Shown: piece after piece, positions 38,601-50,600 of the stretch
Position numbering within the stretch: position 1 is the first letter of the stretch
Layout: each line of letters opens with the position of its first letter
Made by a program: the position numbers and the translations under genes
The notes under the pieces: generated by a model
The model's input: the letters and a program-made list of their open reading frames with translations, nothing else
Told to the model about the DNA's origin: nothing
Database searches by the model: none
Assembly: GCA_002633005.1 (NCBI GenBank)
Contig: NMRA01000501.1
Span: forward strand, 1-64,000
Direction: 5' to 3'
Source of the DNA: Phoronis australis
Taxonomy: Eukaryota; Animalia; Phoronida
DNA: 64,000 nt

Positions 38601-41600
38601 TGTCTTAGCTAAGTCAGTTTTCATGGAACGGGCCCAAAGTTTCCCTCACCTGGAAATAATCTATGGGATGCCCAAGTAGAAACAAGCAAGGGAAGCATTA
38701 TGGGGGGGTGGAAACGGTCCAGTTACCTGACTCAAATACTACGTGTTACTACAGCCAGAATCGCAGTTGGTTCACGCGCAACAGAAATTTTCATTTAATT
38801 CAAATTTTGGTAATTAATCGAGTATTAAAGTTCGGAGAATTGTCCCTACTGTTGTTTTCAAAATACTGAAGGAACAAAGCTTCTAAAAAACAAAAACAAA
38901 CATTCTCTTTATCTGTATTTCGAATGTGTAATACAAGTGTTTTGAATATATATCTTGACAACTTAATATATTATTTTGCAAAAAATAGGTTTTAGAGCAC
39001 TTTACAGAGTCATTTTTGATATTCCAAAAGTTTTTATTATAATTCAAAATGTCATTAAAATGGTCACCGAAAAGTATGTGAAAATAATGCTAACTGAAAG
39101 TAGAGGGACCTATAAAAACACCAAACAGATCTTTAGGCCTTGGGGCGACTTTCAGTTAAGTGGCAAAAAGCATAAAAACAGTCAACACAAAACCTAAGCA
39201 ATGCATCCACACAACACCTAGCCTGAAACCGAATAAGTAATTGTATCAATACAACAAAACTAGTAATTTCTGCCAAGTTGTTTGTATCGATACAAGATAG
39301 TACCAAAGATAAACAAAGCACTGCATGGGTACAACACAAGCCGAGACCTACCTGTTGATCATAGAGTCCCTCCTGGTAACCCCCCGTTTGAGAGATGATG
39401 TGCCGCATGGCATTCACCTGTGAAGGCATGAGAGGATTAGACACGTTATAAGTCACAGGTTTCAGCCTGATCCGAGAGCAACCAGTCAGAAACAGGTTGT
39501 CTACCCGACTCCAACCACACAAGCAACGATCTTCTGCAATGGTGGTCGTTTATTATTCTCAACGTTTCCACAACAGAGCCACGTTCATGACTCCAGGGAT
39601 CCATACTCCTGGGCTGAGTTGCATGAAGCTTCAAAAGTTATCCGCTGGATAAGTTTGATTGTTGCATGACGTCATGTGCATTGTTCAACAATAACAACAT
39701 GACGCGTGATGATGAGACGTCATTGTTGCTATGCGGCGTATAACTTTTATGCAACTGGACCCTGGTCACAGCCAACATGCCACGGGAACATGAACGTAAA
39801 CAAAGTTTTTATCAAGAACCATTGCAACACTTATTTGACATAGTCTACATTCTCACTCAACAGTCATCATCATCTACGAAATGACAGCCTGTGTTCTTCC
39901 GGCACGTGGCTTTTCATAAAACGTGTCTCTGGCATCTAAAATCCCAAGACACCCTGACCCCACAATAAGCCAACGCAAGCTCCAGAAATAGAAAAACACT
40001 GCAGATCCAAAATTTGTCCTGTAAAACCAGCTAAACCTGAACATACCTGTGACTGCACATTGGCCGTCACACCAGCTTCCCCAGGAGGGTAGTTCTCACC
40101 ATTGACGCTCATAAACTGACCAGCCATCTGTGCCTGCGATGTGCCGTAACCCTGACCACCTGTCAAGGTCCAATAAAGGTGAAAGGTTAGCAACTTTCAA
40201 AAAGGAATTTGTAAAAATAAAATTACGTATCATGTAAATACAACGAATACAGTACAGGTCACAAATATCTCATCCAACGGACAAAATAGGGCAGCAGATG
40301 AACTTCTAGAGGATATTAAAAAATGTGAAAATAAACCAAACGTAACCTCAGAAGACACAGCAGCCGAATACAGGCGTTTGCTTTAAAATTCTTCCACATG
40401 AAATACATGTGTGCACACCTAACATTTTCCACTAACAAATGACATTATACGACATCCAATGTATCAATACTGGAAATGCTTTAGCAACAGCACTAATCTA
40501 GGTCAGCCATGCACGTGCACAAACCCGCACCGTCGGTCTGTCCCACCGCCAGCTTGGCCGCATACAGCTTGGCCTCTTCCTGTGCCTTGCCTATGTTTTT
40601 CTTGTATCGGATCCTCTTGTTGCCAAACCAGTTGGAGATCTGAAACACAAGTTAGCCCGACTGACTAAGCTGCAGGATTGGGGAACGTACCGGGTTCCTG
40701 GACCGCCGCAGCGGCCGTTTTGGCAGCGTAGAGGTTGGCCTCTTCCTGGGCCTTCCCAATGTTCTTCTTATAACGGATTCGCTTGTTGCCGAACCAGTTG
40801 GAGACCTGTAAGACAATTGACAAGTGGCACGACATCACCACAGGGGAAACAACTCCTCAACGACTGAAAGAGAGAACTTTGAAGTACAAGCACAATGAAA
40901 ACAATGCCAAATTTCGAATAAGTTTTGGAAGGGCTGGCTAGCCTGTTGATTTTTTAAACCATTTTTGACGTTCCTAAAATCACAATCAGGACATTTCCAG
41001 AACCAGTTTTGTATAAATTATAATTGCACGTGATCCACTACACGTTGTACCAGACATGCTCAGGCAGCACATGGGCTCATTGAACTTTTCACCTGGAACC
41101 ATTTTTAAGCTTTATTACTATATAGTTAAAACCGAGCTGAGGAGCTAGAGACTTGACTCAAGGGTCTAACAGTGTGCCCTATAGGGACTCGAATCCACAA
41201 CCCTGAATAAAAGAAGCAGACACTCACCACACTAGGCCACACTGCCTCCTTACCAATCTGTACAGGTAAGAGGTCAACTTGCTACTTCTGTTTGTCAAAC
41301 TGTCTCACAATTATGTCTCATTAGGCGAAACAACTCTTATGAATGCTCAACAATTTAACTTTAGAATGCTCGTGTTCTGTTATTCCCCGATGCACACCTG
41401 CACTCATTTTTTTGTGCTGCTGAACTCAAACACACGAGTCGTTTACACAGTAGAGTGTGAACGCAGTATTTTACCTGGGAGACGGTGATCTGGCATTTGC
41501 GGGCCAGTTCTTCTTTGGCCTCTTCGCTGGGGTAGGGGTTACTCAGGTGAGAGTAGAAGTACTCATTCAGGATCTCCGTCGCCTGTTTTGTGAAGTTGCG

Positions 41601-44600
41601 CCTCTTTCGCCTACGAGACAAGACCATTGAATCAGGTCAAGAATACAGGTCACATGGGACAAGATGATGAAAATACTTATAGCCTTGTAGTGACTTTTTG
41701 TTGTAGCACCGTTTAAAAGCCTCAGATGAAAACTGTTGTCCAAGAATGGGTATTTACAGACATTGCATTTGACCTTATCAGGCCAAAAAGCAGACTTGAT
41801 TCCAGCATATTGCATTTGACCTTATCAGGCCAAAAAGCAGACTTGATTCCAGCATATTTGTTTACAAAAAAAATTCAATTTGGTGGTGCAGTATTATTTT
41901 AGCTGCTCACTGTTTCTAAAACAAAAATTAACCCAAGACAAGCAAAATCAATGTGCTGGGCATGACCTCAAACATGTACAATAACTTTGTTCTTCACTGA
42001 CATATTTTGTTAACATTGTTTCCAGTCTCGCATTAATTGACCCATCACCAGGACTTTGAGTGATGGCTTAAGTGACCAATCAGAACGTAGCATTCTTGAC
42101 ACATCTTCGCTTCCAAGCCACCATTTTACCCGACAAACGTTGCCGGGTAAAACTTATTGTTTCCTTGTCTACATTTTGCAAGGGGGAGGAGCTTGCAATA
42201 GGTCAATTACCACCTTATTTAGCACAAACATAATTGCCAAAATTGTCTTTTTCCATTTTTAACAGATGAACACTATAAAATAACAGGAAATTCATCAACT
42301 CTTGTTTTGCGATATCAACATAGAACAAAGTATCCATGTTAGTAGGAGACTAAAACTTTCGGACAGTCAGAAAATTTTTTGATATTTATTTTCATCGAAA
42401 ATTTCGACAAATAGAATTTCACATGCTGGTCATAGTGTGTGTTAAATGAGAGAATCAATGCAGTTAGAAGTAATTCGAGATCGGTCTCATAGCAATATGT
42501 GGACAAAAACAAAAGGTAGTCTTTTGAGATAGGGTTAGTCCATAGCACCTTTAAAAATGACGTAGTTTGGCAGCTAAGCAAAAATATAACAAAGAGATGG
42601 GCATTAGTCGGAAAAAACGTGCCCCCATTTTGAGAACCACTTTGATGCCTGTCATTCAGTGGAGAAAACTGGTTCTCAAAATTCACACAAGTTATATCCG
42701 ACAAGTACCATGGCTTTGATCCAATCTTTGGAACTTTGGGTACTAAAAATTGAACACATTATTGCCACGGACTTGAGCAGGTTAGTACATCAAAAGATCA
42801 AAATGTGAAATAAAGTGTCTTAATTTGTTTGGAAATTTGAATCCCAACGGAATCAGGTTAATGTGTATGGGCGTGAAATCGTAGTGCGCCGTCTGAACAA
42901 TGGTTTGCGGTTTGCCACATTGTTGCAAATGCTCAAAATTTAATGTTGGTTGCTAATAGCTACATCATATAAATCATGCTAAAAGCAAAGTAAATATCGT
43001 TTTTGAGAAAGCTGACAAAATGAAATTTCCCGTCTGCTGTTTAGTGGACCAAACTGAAGAATTTTTATGTAGTAATTCGTCAAAGGTGGACTACTGTGTT
43101 ATGAAAATGAAACAAACAAGCGTCTTTATTGAGAGAGATACAAAACAAACTATGTTTATAAATGAGATAAAAACCATGTGCAACCATAATGTGTGCTACA
43201 TATTATAAAGAATACCGTCAAAAGTTGACCAAACACAAATATGCTTGTTTTGTTAAAAATTTGACAGGATGTATTAGGTACACTCTTTAGTATTGCGTTC
43301 CATCTGAGTGTAGACATATTTTCTAAATAACAGGATGGACTGCCATCAAAGTATCATACAGACAATAAATGTACAAATGTTCTTTTAAGATTTACATTTA
43401 ATTATATGTGACTGCTTTCCATCAAGTTTGGCGTCGTAACGACAATAAGTCAAGCAAATTACAGCAAAACTGACGAGACTGTTTCTATACACTTCATTTC
43501 ATTTGCTAAATAATACCTCGTAGATAGCGTGATAAAAAATAAAATTAAAAGCATGATACACCTATGACAGCATTATTAGCCAATAATGCCATGCACAAGA
43601 CCTGCACAGAGAACATAGTAATCTACTTGAGACAACATTTGAACATAAAAGTTATCAGAGGGTAATTTGTCGACAACACCTTCCACCACTACCTAAGCCA
43701 TTAGCAGCCTCCTGATGGTGGCTTTATGAGGTTTTATGGGAAAACAAGGTCTTAATGGAAAAGAGACAGGATAGCAGCAAAACGGTTGCTTAGCGACCAG
43801 ACCATATGCCAAAGTGGGAGCACTAAGCCAGTGTGTGAGAACACAAGAGATAAGCCCTAAGTGAAGGATGTGGAGATTTATGACCTCTCAGTTGGCATTT
43901 GTGCACATCCGCTGTTGCAATCTCAATCTCGTTGTTGCAATCGTTGCAATCGAGGTTAAGAATTCCGATTATTTAACATTTGTGCAGATGCCAAGTTAGA
44001 AACACAGCATATAACGAAGATGTGAATACGAAGTAGGTTGAAAATTGTTAAATGTTTTTGAGAACAAGTTTTGTAGCAAAAATTATCCGCCGTAAATCAC
44101 TGAATCGTATCCAGTAAGTATAATGCTAGCACTGTCGTTTAGTTCCTGCTATACTTTAGCATAGATAGGAGTCAGAGTGCAAATACATCTTTAATGCTCG
44201 AGACCAGGTTCAATAAGAAAGCTTTACCTAGCCAGTCACTTGAGGTGACAAACCGATATGGCCAACAAATTTGGCTGGTACGGAGACTGAAATGATGCAC
44301 GATCTGCACCGGTTGTTATGCAGGCCATAACGCTTTCGGTAATATGTGTAAGTTGGACAGAGAATCCGAGTAGCGCCATAGTAATTCAGAATGTGGTCAC
44401 TACATTGTTACTGACAACCTTCGTTACTTACCGCGCATCCAAGAACCTTGACCTGAGTATCATGACGGCTTCACACGTACTCTGTTTCAACTGCATCTCG
44501 ATGGCCGCAAACTTCTTACGAATAATACTGACCATGCGGTCTATCTCCTTTGGCGCGATTGGACGGGTGCGACTCTGTTCTCGTAGCAGATTGACCACGT

Positions 44601-47600
44601 GTGTGGTAAACTCGTTACACGCCTGTAAAGGGAGAGCGACATTGTCGGTCAAGGTGGCAAAAACTCAAATACAGTTCGGTTCCAGTTTTCGCTCTCAGGT
44701 TTTCACAATTCTGATCAGAAGTGCAAAGCAATAACTGTGTTTGTCAGTCACAGTTAAAGCATGGAATTAAAAAATATTGAGGACCATCAAAACCAAAAAT
44801 GGCTATTAAATCTACTCTTTGTTTTATTTCTGGTTATATCGCCTTATATTCTTGACTGAATGACATGGAAGCATCGGTTCCACACCAAAACCGTGGTTCC
44901 CGATCATTTTGGGTACCCCCACTACTCTGTCAGCATCTGGCATGCTTTTCTTACCTCTACTGTCGAAATAAAAAGCATGACAGTTTTGAGACATCCAGTG
45001 TGATATACTAACAAAAAGCATGGAGAATGCTGAAGCTGGCCCAACTCTGGAGTTGGCATTGTTAGGTTAATTTGACTCAGCATGCGCACTAGTTTTCAAG
45101 GTCAAAAGCTATTTGACTTCACAAACATCAAATTTCAAGGGTACCAACAATTTTTGAAAAGAAAAAACGACTCAAAAACTATAAAATATCAGAGGAAAAA
45201 CAATGCCCTGCTTAAAAAAAAAAAATCATTTCAAACTTCCTATTGTCTCTAGCACCGAGCTGTAGTCTTTTGACGTCATTAAGACTACAAAATTGATAAT
45301 GAGTGAGCAAATATAATTTTAATTGGCCCCACTGGACCACATTATCAACTTGCTGGTTTGCTCCCAACAGCAGAATGACTGACGCGTCCTTTCTCTGCAA
45401 AGGTCAACCACTGCTGCTGTGAATACATGATTGACAGATATTGCACATAAGGGGGAAGCGGATACACATCTTCCAACATAATGGAGCGTTTACCTAACTT
45501 TCATACTTAGGCTTTAGTGCAGACATAGACCTAAAATACACTACAATTATAATAACTGGAGAAAATAGTATTTCTGCCTTGACTAACAATTCTTCTACCA
45601 GCAAAAATGACTAATACAGTAACGACTCTTATGACTACGGTAGTCAACGAGTCTCCGATGATACCAGTGTTGCCTTCTTGTCACACAATGCTAGGCAGTG
45701 GTACATCCTAATTCATACTGTATGCCACAAGATTTTCTGAAAATGATGACTAACCCCTGGCTAAACTATCAAAGTCATGCTGCTATGCATATCTTTTGAG
45801 TGTAGTTGGATTTTGCTAAAACTCCTATTGTATGTTAAAATGAAGAATTGTAATTTGGTACTATGAATATTCCTGGGCTCCATTCAAACATGAGTCCAGG
45901 TGAAGGTGGAGAAACTTTCAATCCCTATGTCTTATGCATTGTTCTTCCAAACGCTGCCAAACTATTGTTATAAAGTTTCCACTTTTGTAAGAAGGATAGG
46001 ACTTTTATGCTTTAACAAAACAATAAAAATGGTATGAAACGAAAACGAAATGGCTTTAAAAGCATTTTTAAGACTTCCCCCAAGCGAAATCTTTTTATAT
46101 CCTTGTTTTGCTATGACTGCACCTTTCTTTTTTGTTAATTTCAATAAAAAGACATGGTCATGTGACCCGTTTAAGGTCAGACTACTATAAAGTAAAAAAT
46201 AATATTCAACAGGATTTATGAAATCAGGAAAGCCATTCTTTCACGGGTTCAAATCTATAGTGTAGTAGATATTTGGCTACTATGCAGACTTGTCAATAAG
46301 GTCCCGCATAACCTTAAAGAGGTGATTACCTCTTGTAAAAAATCTGCTATCCATCTGGGCAGACAACAGAACACCCACCAAAAGCAGAGCATTGTTGAAC
46401 ATGCCCTCAGTATTTAGACTAGAACGGACCGCTTCATCTATTACATAACTAAGTGCACCTGAGCTACTCAAAAAATTTAAATAGCACCTCATCCAAATTC
46501 ATCCTCTTTTAAACGTATTTCAGAACTTGACCTAATTTAATTTCAAATTACATAACGCGCCCTCTAAGTCATCAAGTGAAATATTCTATTGTCACAGAGT
46601 TACTCAATCCAGCTTCATCAGGAGTGGATATGCCACATAGTGGTCCAACCATCAAAACCACAAGGTGATTAGATCACCTGTGATTGATACATTCGATGAA
46701 AATTAGCCGTCGAAACAGACATTACATGCCATCAATTCGCAATCGAGGACGCCACCGAAGTCATAAATTACAGCGCCAGTTGACTGCGGGGTGCGCGTTG
46801 GGTGATTTATCTTGTAAAAACTATCCTGCCTTCTTGAGGACTACTAGGACTAGAGGAAGATAAATCAGAAAAATTGACAAGGTTTATTAGCCGCTGACAA
46901 AAGGCAGAAATCATTGATTGCCTCCATCTTCAGAATAGCTGCAGCACACTTGAACTTAAGTTTGAAACAGCTAAGTTAGCTATAACCTGTTAATTATCGT
47001 GCATGACCTTCCTTCAACACTGGACAGGAATTCACTTAAAATGAAGCAAGTCCCAACTACTTTTTATTTTCCGTTTCCACACTCAAATGAATCATACTCG
47101 GTGCAAAACGCGTTTCCTTTTCCAAGAGAGTTGCAAAACTAGGTGTATACATGTACACAATATGTATGAAGAGCAGTAAAGTTTAACCAGTCAAGAAACA
47201 ACAGGGCAGACAAATGAAATTTCATTTTAAACTTTAACGCATTCTCAAATGAAATGAGATTTCTCTGAAGTCTCAAAATTTTTTGTCATTTCAATTAAAA
47301 GTGGGTACAATAGAAAGGCGTTCTTGAATCCAACACTGAATTTCCTAAAATGAGTCTTTAATTAGCCATAATTAGTGTTCAAAAACTTACATTCCATCAG
47401 ACTAATTGCATTTCTCTCATGTTAATACACTGGAGTCCACTTAGAGTCATACCCAATAACAAAATATTCAGGTTATTGTCATGAAATGTCAAAAAACCTG
47501 CAAAATATAACGATTTATTGTCATCTGCTCAGATGTCATTAAAAATCACCAAAAACTGACATGAACTATTAGTATGCTACCTTTGCTTTTCTATCTAAAA

Positions 47601-50600
47601 ACAACTTAAAGTCATCTTCAATTCATTTGCCTGATCGGAATTTGGCGCTGGAGGCAAAGGCCTGTCACATGTCATTTCCAGTTTAGATGGGTTAGGCTTA
47701 CTGGACTCTCCACTTAACACGATCAGCTTGTAAGAGTGGTTTCAGTCACTGCCAAGTCACCCCCCTTATTATCATAATTTATGTCAAAACCGAGGTCATA
47801 AAATTAAGTGGGTTCCATTATATTAGATAAATATCACTAAAACAATGTTTTAAAGGAATTGTGGGCATTCATCATGCTTTTGAAAAATGAAAAATGCAAT
47901 TTTGGAAATTATTCATGGCCCAAATTTGCGATATGTGTTGCTGAAATGAAACTCATTGTAATCACTTCAGTGATGTGATTCATGTGAACAGCTTTCCCAT
48001 TTATCTTCATAGAAACATGGCTTTCATAATGAAGTACTATCCAATTCCAAAAACTGCTCTTTTTGGGGCCTTGTCTTGGTATATTCCAGAAGATTCGAAG
48101 CCATTGAAATTCTGTAGACAGTAAATTGTCATTATGAATATGGAAAACGAGAGGCCATAGATATGACGAGACATCTCACTGGTGTCGCTGAACATTAATG
48201 TGAACTATGGAGACCGTGTCACTAGAATCTTTAGTTACTAATCCATTGAAGAAAAACAGTTTTTATAAAATCTGTGACATTTCCCACTTTTGCTAGAATA
48301 TTCTAGAGAAAAAAATTAAATAAACTATCCTGAATTAAGAGCATTTTCCATACTGCATCAAAATTGTCATCATGATTGATAGAGTAGAAAATAACGGGTG
48401 TGCATAGAATCATGAGTGGGATGATTCTTGTGTCAAACCGTACGAGCGATTAACGAGCAAAGACTGCAATCAATAAACTCTGACTTTGTCTCTACGCCCA
48501 GTCATGTCTCCATATTAAAATGACGGCTAATTTGACGTCAGTTCAAATGTTCGGTGAAGGGAATTCATTGATTTCCTCATCTCAATTTTAATTAATAGTC
48601 AATGTGCTCCAGCGGTGAAAATGCTCAAAACAGTCAACGCTACACAATGGTCACGTGAATCTATGGACATTGGCTGGGAAGCAGACGTGCAAAGTTCCTG
48701 ATAGACCTTGTGTAATTTGCCGCTAACACATCACCAGTACACCTGATGCGCACGGACACGACGCACCTACATGCTGTTTAAATAAAATTTGTCCTGCCGC
48801 AAATGGACATAGTGTCATCAATGTGCCACCTGTTGTGAGGTAGAGACATGGTTGCATCCATTGTTTCATTGTACGCTGACAATGCATCTACACAGAAAGC
48901 AGTACTCAAGCAAACCATCTCCAAAACATACACATGGGTATTTACTGCCGCACTGGGCAAGCCTATTCTACTTTTTGATCAAAAACTTCCACCATCATTT
49001 TGAAGTAGTAAGTGTGAAACCGGTCATCTTGCACCATGGCAGTTAGCATGTGTCAACATTAGCATAATAAATGGAGCATAATAAATAGGTCAACCTAACT
49101 TGCCAGCAGACTTTACCATTTTAACCATGGAAGCACATTATATATGTAATTACACCACAACCCTCAATGCCTCCGTCACGTAAACCTTCCGACGACGATC
49201 TGATGAGATTGCAGCAGAAAAACAGTAATATGGGGCGGCAACTGAATGATTATTGACAGCACTGACCTGAACTCCAAACTCAAACTCGGATCATACTCGA
49301 AACTAACCAATCACGCGGCATGATTCAAGTGCCCATTAGTAAGTTCACTCGAAATGTTCATTGCCATTAGTCAATTTTCGAGTCAGTTTCGCATACAGAG
49401 ATATTAGACTCCAGACTAGGCATCAAAAATCCTCAATCGGTATTACAGATCCAATAAAAAATCACCTGATCACACTAGCCATTGGGCTATGAATCAATCT
49501 GTAGGATCAGCCGACTATAGCTCGACACGTGACCAAGGGGATAAATCAGGCAGGTACAGAGGGTATGTTTCACAACTCCGCTAATTTACCTGCTCGTATT
49601 TCTCCAGCTCTGTGTGATAGATCTGCCTGATCTGGCTTAATTTGGCTCGGTAGTCTGAATGTTCAATGGTGTTGTCTGACTGGCCACCAGAGGCCGCTGC
49701 TGTTGCACTGGCCGCTGTCGAGGGACCACCACCTAGGGGCAAAAGAAAGAACAGATTTTCAGCACCCCAATAAATGACAGTATTACCAAGCAAATAGAAT
49801 CTAAAAGTAATGCTGAAAGTAAAGAACACAAAATATGTGTGCTGCACACAATATTCTTCCTGCTGTTCAAATGTTTCCAAACAATAGAGAACTCCAAGCG
49901 ATTAATGCAACTGGTCGTAGATTATAGATTTGAGTTTCTTTTAGCTGGGTTTGCCACAAACAAAGCTAGTTTAATTGGTAACTAGTTCTTGCACACCACG
50001 TGTTACCGTGCAAGTATGTCTGAACTGGTGATACAGTTACTACTGCATTGACCTTTCTACTAATAATGAGAGAGGTTATAGCGGGATAGTGGTCAAACGA
50101 GCAGCACCGCCACCATATGTAGATATATATGATCTGCACTGCATTTCAGAAGTATTTCAAACAGTCAACACTTCAGTTTATCCTAAATGTATGTCAACGG
50201 GTAGCCTCGATCCAAAACTAACTGCCAGCTTCCTCAGCAGACAGTAGACTGCATGTTCTGAACTCCGGATTAGAGGACGTGTGCTCCACGCTCTGAGATG
50301 CGCACGCAATGATTTCCGCTCTCCGCAAAAAGGTCAGTTACTTTACACCTTTCACTACTGCCCGTGCATATATTCTCATGTGCCTATATCCGATATAATT
50401 CCTTTTTCTTCTTCGCATAAAGACGGAGACACTTAATTTGCACCAGCAGGCGCAGGGGACTGGCCATGTGTAGGTGCAAGTCTTACACGGCACGACTCAG
50501 ACTTTGTTTGGCAGTCTAGTAAAAATCCCAAGCCGCCACTAAGTCATGACGCATACATCTGATCAGCTTTTAATACTAATGAAGGTAAACAGACAGGAGT

